From an uncultured Clostridia bacterium (GTDB lineage Bacteria > Bacillota > Clostridia > Oscillospirales > Ruminococcaceae): a stretch of 64,000 nt of DNA. The notes under the pieces were generated by a model. That model saw only the letters and a list, made by a program, of their open reading frames with translations, did no database searches and had not been told where the DNA came from. The stretch lies in the NCBI GenBank assembly GCA_947168885.1, contig CAMVNQ010000003.1:189140-253139 (forward strand), given 5' to 3'. Below, piece after piece: positions 37,579 to 47,303 of this stretch. The position numbers were made by a program, and so were the translations under genes. Numbering within the stretch: the stretch's first letter is position 1; every line of letters begins with the position of its first letter.

Positions 37579-37679
37579 TTTCGCGAATACGGCGTTCATA
37601 CATCCGGCAGACTTGAAATTTCCCGCGTATTGTGATATACTGTTCAAAGAACGACATTCCGACCGGAGGCGAGCGAAAA

Positions 37680-38762
37680 GTGAGCAGGCTTTACGAGAAA
37701 AGCATAATGGTGCTTTTATGCATACCCGCACTTGCCATGTCCGGCGAGCTTTACGCGCCGGTAATAGCGCTGCTCATTTCCGTATCCGTTTCCGCCGCTG
37801 CCCAGATATTCAACGGAAAGCCCGCGGCATGGGTGCTTCTGGGTCTGTGCGCAGTGATGTGCGGCGTCATGCCGGTTATGTTCTGCACCATGCCGATAAT
37901 ACTATGCGATGCTCTTGCCGAGAAGAAGTGGTGGCTCACCGTACCTGCCGCAGCCGTATTCGTAAACATTGACAGCCTGAGCACGTGGCAGATCATCATG
38001 TCCTTCGTCGGTATCATAGCGGCAGTCGTGATATATCTGAGGATCTCCGGTCTCGAAAAAAAGGTCGGGAAGCTGACGGAACTTCGCGACGACATAACCG
38101 AGAAGAATATGCAGCTCACATCGCAGAACCTGAGACTTGCCGCCGCACAGGACAACGAGGTCCGGCTTGCGACGCTCAAAGAGCGCAACCGCATCGCGCG
38201 TGAGATACACGACAATGTCGGGCATATGCTCACGAGGTCGATACTCCAGACCGGCGCCATTCAGATAATAAACAAGGACGAAACGCTGAAAGAGCCGCTT
38301 GATGAACTCCGCGCGACGCTCGACGGCGCTATGACGAGTATAAGAACAAGCGTTCACGACCTTCACGACAACTCGATCGACCTTAAAAAGACGATAGAAG
38401 AAATGTGCGCCGCAGTAGATGACCGATTCAAAGTGAATCTGAACTACGATGCCGGCGAAGATATTTCCGGTGAGGTGAAGCTCTGCACCGCGGGAATAGT
38501 CAAGGAAAGCATCTCAAACGCCGTAAAGCACTCGTCCGGCGACAGGATAAACATAGTGTTCCGTGAACACCCCGCCTTCTTCCAGCTTCTCGTCGAAGAC
38601 AACGGAAATTGCGGGGAACTTCAGGGCAGATCCCTTTCGGGACACGGCGGGATAGGGCTCGGAAACATGGAAGACAGAGCCGCAGGCATAGGCGGACAGA
38701 TAACGTTTACCCCGTCCGAAGACGGATTCAGAGTATTCATGACCATACCGAAGGAGCGCTGA
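37680..38762 (+). CDS. NarX/DesK-type sensor histidine kinase (HisKA_3)
   Basis: GTG start; ERNRIAREIHDNVGH, ESISNAVKH, GIGLGNM. Confidence 0.92.
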   Translation: MSRLYEKSIMVLLCIPALAMSGELYAPVIALLISVSVSAAAQIFNGKPAAWVLLGLCAVMCGVMPVMFCTMPIILCDALAEKKWWLTVPAAAVFVNIDSLSTWQIIMSFVGIIAAVVIYLRISGLEKKVGKLTELRDDITEKNMQLTSQNLRLAAAQDNEVRLATLKERNRIAREIHDNVGHMLTRSILQTGAIQIINKDETLKEPLDELRATLDGAMTSIRTSVHDLHDNSIDLKKTIEEMCAAVDDRFKVNLNYDAGEDISGEVKLCTAGIVKESISNAVKHSSGDRINIVFREHPAFFQLLVEDNGNCGELQGRSLSGHGGIGLGNMEDRAAGIGGQITFTPSEDGFRVFMTIPKER

Positions 38763-38765
38763 TAT

Positions 38766-39392
38766 ATGGATATTATTGTAATAGACGACGACAGGCTCGT
38801 AGCTATGTCGCTCAGGACAATTCTCGAAAGCACCGGACAGGTGAACGTAAAAGCTACCGGCTCGAACGGCAAAGAGGCGATAGAGCTGTATAAAAAGCAT
38901 ACTCCAGACGTTATACTTATGGATATACGCATGGATGGCATGAGCGGGATTGACGCGGGGCGGGAGATACTTCGCCTTTACCCCGACGCGAAGATACTCT
39001 ATCTCACGACGTTCTCTGATGACGAGTACATTATAGATGCACTTAATATGGGTGCAAAGGGGTATATCCTGAAACAGGACTTCGAGGTCATAGCACCTTC
39101 CCTTGAAGCAGTTATGCGGGGGCAGACCGTTTTCGGCGACAAGATAATCGGCAAACTGCCAGACCTTATGAAGCCGAAGGACAGCTTCGACTTCGAGGCA
39201 CACGGCATAAACGAAAAGGAACGCGAGATAATGGAGCTCGTCGCGGCGGGGCTGTCAAACAAGGAGATCGCCGGCAAGCTCTTTCTCGGTGAGGGAACGG
39301 TCAGAAACTACATCAGCACACTCCTCGACAAGCTCTCACTTCGTGACAGAACGCAGCTCGCGGTGTTCTACTACACCGAGGTGAAAGCGTAA
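38766..39392 (+). CDS. NarL/LuxR family response regulator
   Basis: ILMDIRM receiver; GLSNKEIA..GTVRNYIS HTH. Confidence 0.93.
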   Translation: MDIIVIDDDRLVAMSLRTILESTGQVNVKATGSNGKEAIELYKKHTPDVILMDIRMDGMSGIDAGREILRLYPDAKILYLTTFSDDEYIIDALNMGAKGYILKQDFEVIAPSLEAVMRGQTVFGDKIIGKLPDLMKPKDSFDFEAHGINEKEREIMELVAAGLSNKEIAGKLFLGEGTVRNYISTLLDKLSLRDRTQLAVFYYTEVKA

Positions 39393-39410
39393 GCGCCGAA
39401 TCATAGGTCT

Positions 39411-39456
39411 AATCGGGCATTCCCTGACGGACGACAGGGAATGCCCGATTATTTTC
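39411..39456 (+). terminator. Intrinsic terminator
   Basis: AATCGGGCATTCCCTG/CAGGGAATGCCCGATT + ATTTT. Confidence 0.75.
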
Positions 39457-39648
39457 TGCCGGGAGTAAGCTGAATTCTTTGTGCATTATTATGACAACGC
39501 ACGACCCCAATTGTCCGTTTTGCCTAAAATGCATTAAAATATACACAAATAGTTGACATTATTCACATAATATGATATTATAAGTTTGTATCTTCTATGT
39601 TAGCGGGCACAGTATTACCCGCCTGATTGGGATCGGAGGAAATAAATA

Positions 39649-41637
39649 ATGATAAAAAATCTGAAAATTTCAACTATTATCTCATTTTTCGTCGGACTTA
39701 TCTCGTTTATTTGTATGGCAATATTCTATTTTGTCCTCAGCGGAACTGTTTCGTCCGTAATCGCAAACAAGGCGAGAGACAATATGATGACTGCTCTCGA
39801 CGGACAAGCAAATCTTATAGAGCTTTTCGTTTCGGATTCCGAGACTTTGCTCAAAGAGTATTCGACCGCCAACGAGCTCAAGGAGCTCCTGCTTGACCCG
39901 GACAACGCGCAGAAAGCAGCCGTTGCGCAGAAATACACCGAGGATTACTTCAGAAATCTTTACCAGTGGGAAGGCGTTTACCTCAGCAACTGGGAAACGG
40001 GTGTACTCGCGCATTCAAACGCTGGCGCAGTTGGTATGGTATTAAGGACGGGCGATGCCGTTGCGCCCTATCTCGGAGCCATGACTTCACAGCCGGACGG
40101 GCTTTTCAACGGCGGAGCATTTGTTTCACCCGCTTCCCAGAAGCTTGTTCTCAATATGCGTGCGGCCGTATTCGACGAAAACAAGCAGCCGATAGGTTTT
40201 GTCGGCGGCGGCCCCTTACTCTCGGGAATGAATGAACTTCTCGCAAAAACAAAGGTCGCTTCGTTCGATAACGCCGAGTACTCCGTGCTTGATGCCGCGA
40301 ACGGCATTTACGTTTACAACAGCGACAATTCCAAGATAATGCAGGAGATCGAAGACCCGACACTGAAGGAGATCGTCGGAAAAGCAAGTGCGCAGAACGC
40401 AAACGGCTTCCTCACCGACAACACGAACACATACGCTTATATGTATATGAACGACATCAGTCTTATCGTCTCGATGAAATACGATACCGCAAAGCTTATG
40501 AGCGAAAGCACCGATATCTCAACAAAGTTCATCATATTTGTCATTATTGCCGAACTCGTTATAATCATCGGTACGATAATCATATCCCGCATAGTTACCA
40601 ACCCTCTCGGAAAGGTAACGAGCGCCGTAAACACTCTCGGCGAGCTTTCTCTCCGCAAGAACGCACGCATACAGCGCTACGCGGGTTCAAAGAGCGAAGT
40701 CGGAAAGATCACCGACTCGGTAAACTCGCTTACCGGAACATGGCAGGGCATCATCTCGACGCTCTCCGAGTGCTCTGACAGCCTCGGCGACGGCTCGAAG
40801 GTGATGATGAGCACAGTAACTGCCCTTACCGACAGCGCAACCAACAACACCAAGACCACCGAGCTCCTTTCGTCCGGAGCAAGTACGGCTACCCAGTCGA
40901 TACACTCCGTCAACGCCGAGATCGAGAACATCACCGACATAGTTCGTGAAAGCAAGTCCTCGAACCATCAGCGCATAACCGAAGCTGCGGAGATGATACA
41001 TAACACCGACCGTATGTTCGCATCGGTAGCCGAAAGAACGGAAAAGACCGAAAAGGACATCAACGTGGCGGTAAGCTATCTGAACGCACTGACGGAAATA
41101 AACACAAACGTAAAGATAATTCAGGATATAGCAAGCCACACCAACCTTCTTGCTATAAATGCTTCGGTAGAAGCCGCAAGAGCCGGCGAATCCGGAAAGG
41201 GCTTCTCCGTTGTTGCAACGGAAATAAAGACGCTCTCTGCGAACTCGTCCGAAGCTGCGGACGCTATCTCCGCCGTTTGCAGTGAAATGAACGTAAACAT
41301 CGAGAAAATAAAGACCTGCTTCAATGACATCATCACGTTCATTAAGACCGATATATCCGGAATTTTCAGAGAAATGCACGACATTTCGGATAAGCTCAAG
41401 GCATCTATCGAGGAAGTAAACTCCGATATGGATAGGATGTCCGAGATAATCGCGAATATCCGCACCGAGACCGTACAGCTCAGCACTATCGTCGGCGAGA
41501 ACGAGCGCGGTGTCGGCGACATTCACGCAAAGACACTCGAAACTTACGATATGGTCCGCCAGCTCGACGAGTTCATCATCAAGAACAAGCAGACAGCTCA
41601 GGACATCAGCGACATAGTATCGAAGTTCACACAGTAA
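39649..41637 (+). CDS. Methyl-accepting chemotaxis protein (Cache/HAMP/MCP signal)
   Basis: TM-Cache-TM; [30 protein letters not shown]; promoter TTGACA-17-TATTAT at 39553-39581. Confidence 0.92.
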   Translation: MIKNLKISTIISFFVGLISFICMAIFYFVLSGTVSSVIANKARDNMMTALDGQANLIELFVSDSETLLKEYSTANELKELLLDPDNAQKAAVAQKYTEDYFRNLYQWEGVYLSNWETGVLAHSNAGAVGMVLRTGDAVAPYLGAMTSQPDGLFNGGAFVSPASQKLVLNMRAAVFDENKQPIGFVGGGPLLSGMNELLAKTKVASFDNAEYSVLDAANGIYVYNSDNSKIMQEIEDPTLKEIVGKASAQNANGFLTDNTNTYAYMYMNDISLIVSMKYDTAKLMSESTDISTKFIIFVIIAELVIIIGTIIISRIVTNPLGKVTSAVNTLGELSLRKNARIQRYAGSKSEVGKITDSVNSLTGTWQGIISTLSECSDSLGDGSKVMMSTVTALTDSATNNTKTTELLSSGASTATQSIHSVNAEIENITDIVRESKSSNHQRITEAAEMIHNTDRMFASVAERTEKTEKDINVAVSYLNALTEINTNVKIIQDIASHTNLLAINASVEAARAGESGKGFSVVATEIKTLSANSSEAADAISAVCSEMNVNIEKIKTCFNDIITFIKTDISGIFREMHDISDKLKASIEEVNSDMDRMSEIIANIRTETVQLSTIVGENERGVGDIHAKTLETYDMVRQLDEFIIKNKQTAQDISDIVSKFTQ

Positions 41638-41654
41638 GCGCATGGCGCATTTTA

Positions 41655-41696
41655 AACACCAAAAAAGCTCCCCGAAATTGGGGAGCTTTTGGTGTT
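41655..41696. terminator. Bidirectional terminator
   Basis: AACACCAAAA..AGCTCCCC/GGGGAGCTTTTGGTGTT. Confidence 0.75.
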
Positions 41697-41708
41697 ATTG
41701 GTGGTGCA

Positions 41709-42033
41709 CCTTAGATCTCGGAGAGTTCGGTGTTGCCTTCACTTTGAACTGCGAGGCAGAGAGCCGACTTTTCATGAATCTACCATACGGAGTCGGCGGC
41801 GCCGTCGCGCCTTAGATCTCGGAGAGTTCGGTGTTAAACTCACTCTGAACTGCGAGGCAGAGAGCCGACTTTTCATGAATCTACCATACGGAGTCGGTGG
41901 CGCCGTCGCGCCTTAGATCTCGGAGCCCTCAATGCTGCCTTCACTCTGAACTGCGAGGCAGAGAACCGCCCTGTGATGAATGCATCATACGGAGTCGGTG
42001 GCGCCGTCGCGCCTTAGATCTCGGAGAGTTCGG
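41709..42033. repeat. Tandem array of 101-bp direct repeats (3 units + partial fourth)
   Basis: CCTTAGATCTCGGAG recurs at 41709, 41810, 41911 and 42012. Confidence 0.92.
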
Positions 42034-42448
42034 ATTCGGTGAGGAGTTTGCAACCGGCTTCGGTGAGCGCGGTCTCCGCCTTTTCGTTGTTGTCAACCCG
42101 GAGGATGAGGCAAGCGGAATCCTTCTCCTTGTTGATGAACGCAGCATACATATACTCGACGCTGATATTGTCATTATAGAGAGTTTTCATTATCGAAGCC
42201 ATGCTTCCGGGCTTGTCATCGGCTATCACCGCGAGAACGTTCGCTGCCGATGCTATGAAACCTTTTTCCTTGAGCGCCGCTACCGCCTTATCGGTGTCAT
42301 TCACGATTATGCGCATGATACCGAAATCCTTTGTGTCGGCTATCGACACCGCACGGATATTGATGCCCGCTTCCGCGAGAGTCTCCGTTACAGCGCAGAG
42401 ACGACCGGGTCTGTTTTCAACGAATACGGATAACTGTTTTACTGTCAT
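42014..42448 (-). CDS. ACT domain-containing protein (double ACT)
   Basis: QLSVFVENRPGRL, DKPGSMA; directly downstream of paaK. Confidence 0.9.
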   Translation of the reverse strand: MTVKQLSVFVENRPGRLCAVTETLAEAGINIRAVSIADTKDFGIMRIIVNDTDKAVAALKEKGFIASAANVLAVIADDKPGSMASIMKTLYNDNISVEYMYAAFINKEKDSACLILRVDNNEKAETALTEAGCKLLTESELSEI

Positions 42449-42466
42449 GGTTTATTCCTCCCTTTT

Positions 42467-43777
42467 TCAGACAAGCTTACGCTTGTCTATAACGCGTACT
42501 GCCTTGCCCTCAGAGCGCGGTATTGACTTCGGCTCAACGAGGGTTATCTTTGCCTTGATGCCGAGTATCTGCTGAATATCGGCGCTGAGCTTCTTTTCGA
42601 GCGTAACGACGTCCTTGATAGTGTCGCTGAACATATCGTCAGAGAGCTCGACTTTGATCTCAAACGTATCGGTCGTGCCTATTCTGTCAACGATGATCTG
42701 ATAGTTCGGAGCAGCCTTGAAGTCCTTTATGAGAACGGTCTCTATCTGGGACGGGAATACGTTGACACCCTTGATTATAAGCATATCGTCGCTTCTGCCC
42801 ATAGGCTTCGTCATCTTAACGAGTGTCCTTCCGCAGGAACACTTTTCTCTCGATAAAACACATATATCGCGCGTTCTGTAACGGAGAAGCGGAAATGCTT
42901 CCTTAGTTATGCTTGTGAACACGAGTTCGCCCTTTGAACCTTCCGGAAGGACTTCTCCGGTATCGGGGTCGATTATCTCGGCGATGAAGTGATCTTCGTT
43001 TATGTGCATCCCGTGCTGTTCTTCACACTCGAAAGCAACGCCGGGGCCGCTTGTCTCGGTAAGTCCGTAGATGTCATACGCCTTTATACCAAGAGACTTC
43101 TCGATCTGCTGACGCATTTCCTCTGTCCACGGTTCTGCGCCGAAGATACCGGCTTTGAGCTTTATGTCATCGGGGGTGTATCCCATTTCCGCAAGTGTCT
43201 CGCCGATGTACGCGGCATAAGACGGTGTGCAGCAGAGTATCGTCGAACCGAGATCCATCATGAACTGTATCTGTCTCTCGGTATTTCCGGAAGACATAGG
43301 CAGAGTCAGGCAGCCTACCTTATGAGAACCGCCGTGAAGTCCCGCGCCGCCCGTGAAAAGTCCGTAGCCGTAAGCGACCTGGACAACATCGTCCTTTGTG
43401 CCGCCCGCAGCAACTATAGCTCTTGCTACACAGTTCTCCCAGAGGTCAACGTCGTTCTGTGTATAGAACGAAACAACGCGCTTTCCGGTCGTGCCGCTCG
43501 TGGACTGTATTCTTACACAGTCAGAAAGTGGAGCCGCGAGAAGCCCGTAAGGGTATGAATCACGCAGATCCGCCTTGCTCAGGAACGGGAGCTTGTGAAG
43601 ATCATCTATACCCTTGATGTCATCGGGGGTAATACCTTTTTCTTCCATTTTCTTCTTATAGTACGGAACATTGTCCCATACATGCTTCACCTGTTTTACG
43701 AGGCGTTCGCTCTGGAGCTTTTTCATTTCGGACAGCTCCATGGTCTCAATCTTTTCGTTCCAGTATTTTCCTGCCAT
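42467..43777 (-). CDS. paaK: Phenylacetate-CoA ligase
   Basis: QSTSGTTGK, YGLFTGG, GIFGAEPW, IYGLTE, GRSDDMLIIKGVNVFP; promoter TTGACT-17-TATAAT at 43845-43873. Confidence 0.92.
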   Translation of the reverse strand: MAGKYWNEKIETMELSEMKKLQSERLVKQVKHVWDNVPYYKKKMEEKGITPDDIKGIDDLHKLPFLSKADLRDSYPYGLLAAPLSDCVRIQSTSGTTGKRVVSFYTQNDVDLWENCVARAIVAAGGTKDDVVQVAYGYGLFTGGAGLHGGSHKVGCLTLPMSSGNTERQIQFMMDLGSTILCCTPSYAAYIGETLAEMGYTPDDIKLKAGIFGAEPWTEEMRQQIEKSLGIKAYDIYGLTETSGPGVAFECEEQHGMHINEDHFIAEIIDPDTGEVLPEGSKGELVFTSITKEAFPLLRYRTRDICVLSREKCSCGRTLVKMTKPMGRSDDMLIIKGVNVFPSQIETVLIKDFKAAPNYQIIVDRIGTTDTFEIKVELSDDMFSDTIKDVVTLEKKLSADIQQILGIKAKITLVEPKSIPRSEGKAVRVIDKRKLV

Positions 43778-44034
43778 AGGAATGATCCTCCTTAGATGCC
43801 GACTCTGATTTGAATTGAATTTCTGGTTGTGAACCGGCTATAGTATTATACCACATTTTGCACATTTAGTCAAGATTTTTGATAAAGCGTATCCCGCACA
43901 CGGGACAGTAACCGTCATGCAGCAACGCGATAACGTCATTTTGCGGAGGATATAACGTTTTTCACTTGCCGAGCATAAAAAAATGTTGCTTTTTGAATTA
44001 TTATGTGGTAAAATGAAACGGAGAGGTGATAAAG

Positions 44035-44673
44035 TTGAATATTTTTGCCGTTATCTTTATGAATTTCTGGGGATTTGATATTTTCATCTTCCTTGCAGCG
44101 ATATTCAACGGGATCGTGTTTTATCTGGTCAAGCGCTCGGCGGACGCACTTAAAGGACGTATGACCCACAAAATATTCGTTCCGCACTTCAACCTTTCGC
44201 GCCGCGAATCGGACAGGCAGGCAGCAGAACTTCGCGAAGAGGACGTTCTTGAGCTTCGCGGCTCTATGGACAGGTTTTACGCGCTTTTTGTGAACATCAC
44301 GGGAATATTCCCGCTTCTCGGTATCTTAGGAACGGTCGTGTCGCTGCTCGGGCTCGTTTCCGATATGGAGAACGTTACGGGCAACTTCTACGGTGCGCTC
44401 ACATCGACGTTCTGGGGGCTTATTTTCGCTATTCTGTTCAAGTTCCTTGACGGCGTGATCTCTCCCGAGATCGAGAGCAACGAAAAGAACGTGCGCATAT
44501 ACCTTGACAGCAAAACAGCCGAAGAGACCGGTGCCGCACAGCAAGTACCGGAAGAAGCGGTGAACGAAGCCGACACGGAGAACGCCGAGCCCGTGACAAT
44601 ACACTCCGGACCCTTTGAGCCCGAAGTCATAACGCCGGAAAGCGGCGGTGAAGAGGTCGGCGATGAAGAATAA
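44035..44673 (+). CDS. MotA/TolQ/ExbB proton channel family protein
   Basis: TTG start after GAGGTG; FPLLGILGTV and ALTSTFWGLIFAI; acidic tail; promoter TTGCTT-17-TAAAAT at 43986-44014. Confidence 0.85.
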   Translation: MNIFAVIFMNFWGFDIFIFLAAIFNGIVFYLVKRSADALKGRMTHKIFVPHFNLSRRESDRQAAELREEDVLELRGSMDRFYALFVNITGIFPLLGILGTVVSLLGLVSDMENVTGNFYGALTSTFWGLIFAILFKFLDGVISPEIESNEKNVRIYLDSKTAEETGAAQQVPEEAVNEADTENAEPVTIHSGPFEPEVITPESGGEEVGDEE

Positions 44674-45232
44674 GGGAATAGCGATAGAGCTTACCGCACT
44701 GCTCGACGTTATCCTTATAATGCTGTTCTGGGTGATGCTCAATATGGAGGATCAGACCGAGAAGGCAAAGACGGACGCCGCGGAAGCGATAGCCGCGCAG
44801 CAGGCGGAGTTCGACCGCAAAAGCGACGAACTCAGAACTGAGCTCGACATGGTAAAGGCACAGTATGAGCGATTCCTCGACGAAAACGCCGAAGACACCG
44901 CAGTCGCGAACCAGAAGGCGCTCGACGAGTTTGCGGAAGGCCGTATGATAACGCTGAATTTAAGCTACGACGCGGTCGGAAAGCTCTATATACTTGACGA
45001 AAACGGCGAAATAACGCACACGATGCTTGATTCAGAGGGCAATATCGCCGCAAACATAAAGAAAGTGCTCAGAGAACAGGGGCTCGGGAAAGACGACGTT
45101 ATCCTCTGCGCTCTCGTCTATGACGGAAGCAGGGCGCTCTATCGCGACGTAAACCTTGTTACCTCCGCGGCACAGTCCGTCGGCAAGGACTACAGCAAGT
45201 TCTATTGTACATACATAAACATTTCACGATAA
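44663..45232 (+). CDS. ExbD/TolR-like protein with coiled-coil insert
   Basis: Overlaps previous stop; IELTALLDVILIMLF with the conserved intramembrane Asp. Confidence 0.8.
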   Translation: MKNKGIAIELTALLDVILIMLFWVMLNMEDQTEKAKTDAAEAIAAQQAEFDRKSDELRTELDMVKAQYERFLDENAEDTAVANQKALDEFAEGRMITLNLSYDAVGKLYILDENGEITHTMLDSEGNIAANIKKVLREQGLGKDDVILCALVYDGSRALYRDVNLVTSAAQSVGKDYSKFYCTYINISR

Positions 45233-45296
45233 AAATGCTTTTTCCGGCTGCGGAAAAAGCACGGCAAATCCACATCATACCGAAAAGGAGAACAAA

Positions 45297-45776
45297 ATGG
45301 CAAACTACGAAAAAGAAAACAAGAAGCTTGAAAAGCAGAACGCCAGACTGAAGAAAAAGAACAAGGCAGGCGGCAAGATCATACTGGTCCTGCTGCTTAT
45401 AATCGCGATACTCGCGGCTGTCATATTCTTCTTTGACCCGTTCGGCTTCGGCATCGGACCCAACGCACGACAGAACGGCGGCGGAAACGTAAAGACACCT
45501 GCGGCTACTACGGCGGCGACCGCGCAGGCAGAGACGGAAGCACCTGAAGCAGACCCGACCCTGAGCGAATTCAAGGTCACTGTATCGGGAGCAACCTATC
45601 TTCTTGAAGATAAGACCGAGACAACAGCCGAAAAGATCGTTGCTCTCTTTAAGGAGTCCAACAGCAAGACTCTCGTCCGCATAATCGACGAAAGCGCTAC
45701 ACAGAACGCTATGGAAGACCTCAAAAAAGCTCTCGACGCAGAAAAGATACCGTATTCTATCGGCGACCAAGGGTGA
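45297..45776 (+). CDS. Single-pass membrane protein, Thr/Ala linker, ExbD-like C-terminal domain
   Basis: AAGGAG RBS; basic N-terminus, one TM, TPAATTAATAQAETEAP linker. Confidence 0.7.
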   Translation: MANYEKENKKLEKQNARLKKKNKAGGKIILVLLLIIAILAAVIFFFDPFGFGIGPNARQNGGGNVKTPAATTAATAQAETEAPEADPTLSEFKVTVSGATYLLEDKTETTAEKIVALFKESNSKTLVRIIDESATQNAMEDLKKALDAEKIPYSIGDQG

Positions 45777-45789
45777 CGTACAGGAAACC

Positions 45790-45824
45790 GAGGGATTGTG
45801 TAAAATGCACAATCCCTCTTTTTT
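45790..45824 (+). terminator. Intrinsic terminator ending the three-gene motor operon
   Basis: GAGGGATTGTG/CACAATCCCTC + TTTTTT. Confidence 0.8.
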
Positions 45825-45991
45825 GGCTCCGCGTCCCTAAAAGCCGCAGGACGTGCCGCGGCTCCGGAAATTTGTGTAATATGCTATATTTGATAAAATC
45901 GAAAAACGCTTATTGTAATTTACGGAAAAATATTGTATAATAAATGTGTATAGTTTTGATAGAGTTCTGACCGGACAGGAAGGAGAACAAA

Positions 45992-46366
45992 ATGAAAATA
46001 TCAGATATCACCGTAATGCTTTGCGACGATTCTCCTCTCGTAAGAAAAAAACTCGCAGAGATACTTGCCCGCATCGGTATAACCAAGATCATCCATACCG
46101 AAGACGGAGAACAGGCGATAAACGAATATAAAGAAAAAAAGCCCGACCTTGTTTTCATGGATATTGTAATGCCGAAGAAAACGGGTATCGAGGCGCTTCG
46201 TGAGATACGGGCTTTCGACAGTGAGGCAAAGGTAGTAATGGCATCTACCGTCGGCACACAGGGCAACCTCATAGCCGCGATAAAGGAGGGCGCTTTCGAG
46301 TTCCTCCAGAAGCCGGTCAAGGAAGAGGACGTGCTTAAGATCATAAACCGTATGCTCAAGGGATGA
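45992..46366 (+). CDS. cheY: CheY-like stand-alone response regulator
   Basis: LCDDS, VFMDIVMP, FLQKP; promoter TTGTAA-17-TATAAT at 45913-45941. Confidence 0.85.
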   Translation: MKISDITVMLCDDSPLVRKKLAEILARIGITKIIHTEDGEQAINEYKEKKPDLVFMDIVMPKKTGIEALREIRAFDSEAKVVMASTVGTQGNLIAAIKEGAFEFLQKPVKEEDVLKIINRMLKG

Positions 46367-46376
46367 GGGGGAGCTT

Positions 46377-47252
46377 ATGTACACTCAATTATTCGGACAT
46401 TATCTTCTGAACAACGGCGTTATCGACGCAGACGAGCTTCACGCGGCTCTCACGGCAATGTCGCGTATAAAAGCAAAACTCGGTGCAGCGGCGATAGATG
46501 CCGGGTATATGACCGCCGAGCAGGTGGAGGAAGTCCATGAGGCACAGCACACCGTCGATAAGCGTTTCGGCGATATAGCAGTGGAAAAGGGGTTCCTTAC
46601 CGAAGAACAGGTTCGAAGCCTTCTTTCAAGGCAGAAAAATGCCAACCTCGTGCTCGGACAGGCTCTCATAGACTTCGGGTTCATAACGAACAAACAGTTC
46701 GAGGACTCGCTTTTTGATTACAAGAAAAAATTCTCGCTAATAGCCGGAGACACGGAAGAAGAGCGCCTTGAGAACGAAATGATAGAAGTGCTCGGGATAA
46801 ACTCTATGCCCGACAAGGATTTCTACAGCGAATACGCGCTTCTTTTCATACGCAACCTCATACGCTTCCTCGGGGACGACTTCTCGCTCTCGGGTGTAGT
46901 CCGCAACACTACGATCTCGATGAACTACGGCTGCAGCCAAGACGTGACCGGAGCTGTTAATTTCCGTGTCTCGCTCGGCGGCACGGAGCGCGGATTTCTC
47001 GGTATCGCCGCGAGATATGCAGGTGAAGATCTCAACGAGGTGGACGGCTACACAAAGGCGTGCGTCGGCGAGCTTCTGAACCTTCAGAACGGTCTTTTTG
47101 CGGTGAACGAGTCGAACATCCGCGGTGTTGAACTTGTGCTCTCACCCCAGGTATCGGAAGACAACCTTATGATGAATATTCCCGAAAGCGGTCTCGCCGT
47201 AACGCTGAGCTTCCCGTTCGGTGACATAAAGATAGCGGTAGTAAAGCAATAA
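46377..47252 (+). CDS. cheX: CheX-like phosphatase with four N-terminal MshEN-type motifs
   Basis: 29-aa-period (R/K)LGxxxxxxG motifs; C-terminal GELLN (ExxN). Confidence 0.8.
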   Translation: MYTQLFGHYLLNNGVIDADELHAALTAMSRIKAKLGAAAIDAGYMTAEQVEEVHEAQHTVDKRFGDIAVEKGFLTEEQVRSLLSRQKNANLVLGQALIDFGFITNKQFEDSLFDYKKKFSLIAGDTEEERLENEMIEVLGINSMPDKDFYSEYALLFIRNLIRFLGDDFSLSGVVRNTTISMNYGCSQDVTGAVNFRVSLGGTERGFLGIAARYAGEDLNEVDGYTKACVGELLNLQNGLFAVNESNIRGVELVLSPQVSEDNLMMNIPESGLAVTLSFPFGDIKIAVVKQ

Positions 47253-47270
47253 GATACCACGCATAATATC

Positions 47271-47303
47271 ACGCCCCCGTCTGATCGACGGGGGCGTTTG
47301 TCG
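47271..47303. terminator. Hairpin terminator between convergent genes
   Basis: ACGCCCCGTC/GACGGGGCGT. Confidence 0.6.

Noticed and set aside
41699-41712. TGGTGGTGCACC as the 3' end of a tRNA gene
   Set aside because: No T-arm (GTTCRA) or cloverleaf upstream on the minus strand; at most a remnant
41709-42033. 101-bp repeats as a CRISPR array
   Set aside because: Units are similar along their whole length with no unique spacers, and there are no cas genes or leader
44035-45232. Motor pair as Zorya ZorAB or flagellar MotAB
   Set aside because: No long ZorA tail, no OmpA-like peptidoglycan-binding domain in the B subunit, no zorC/D/E or flagellar genes; the TM motif is ExbD-like
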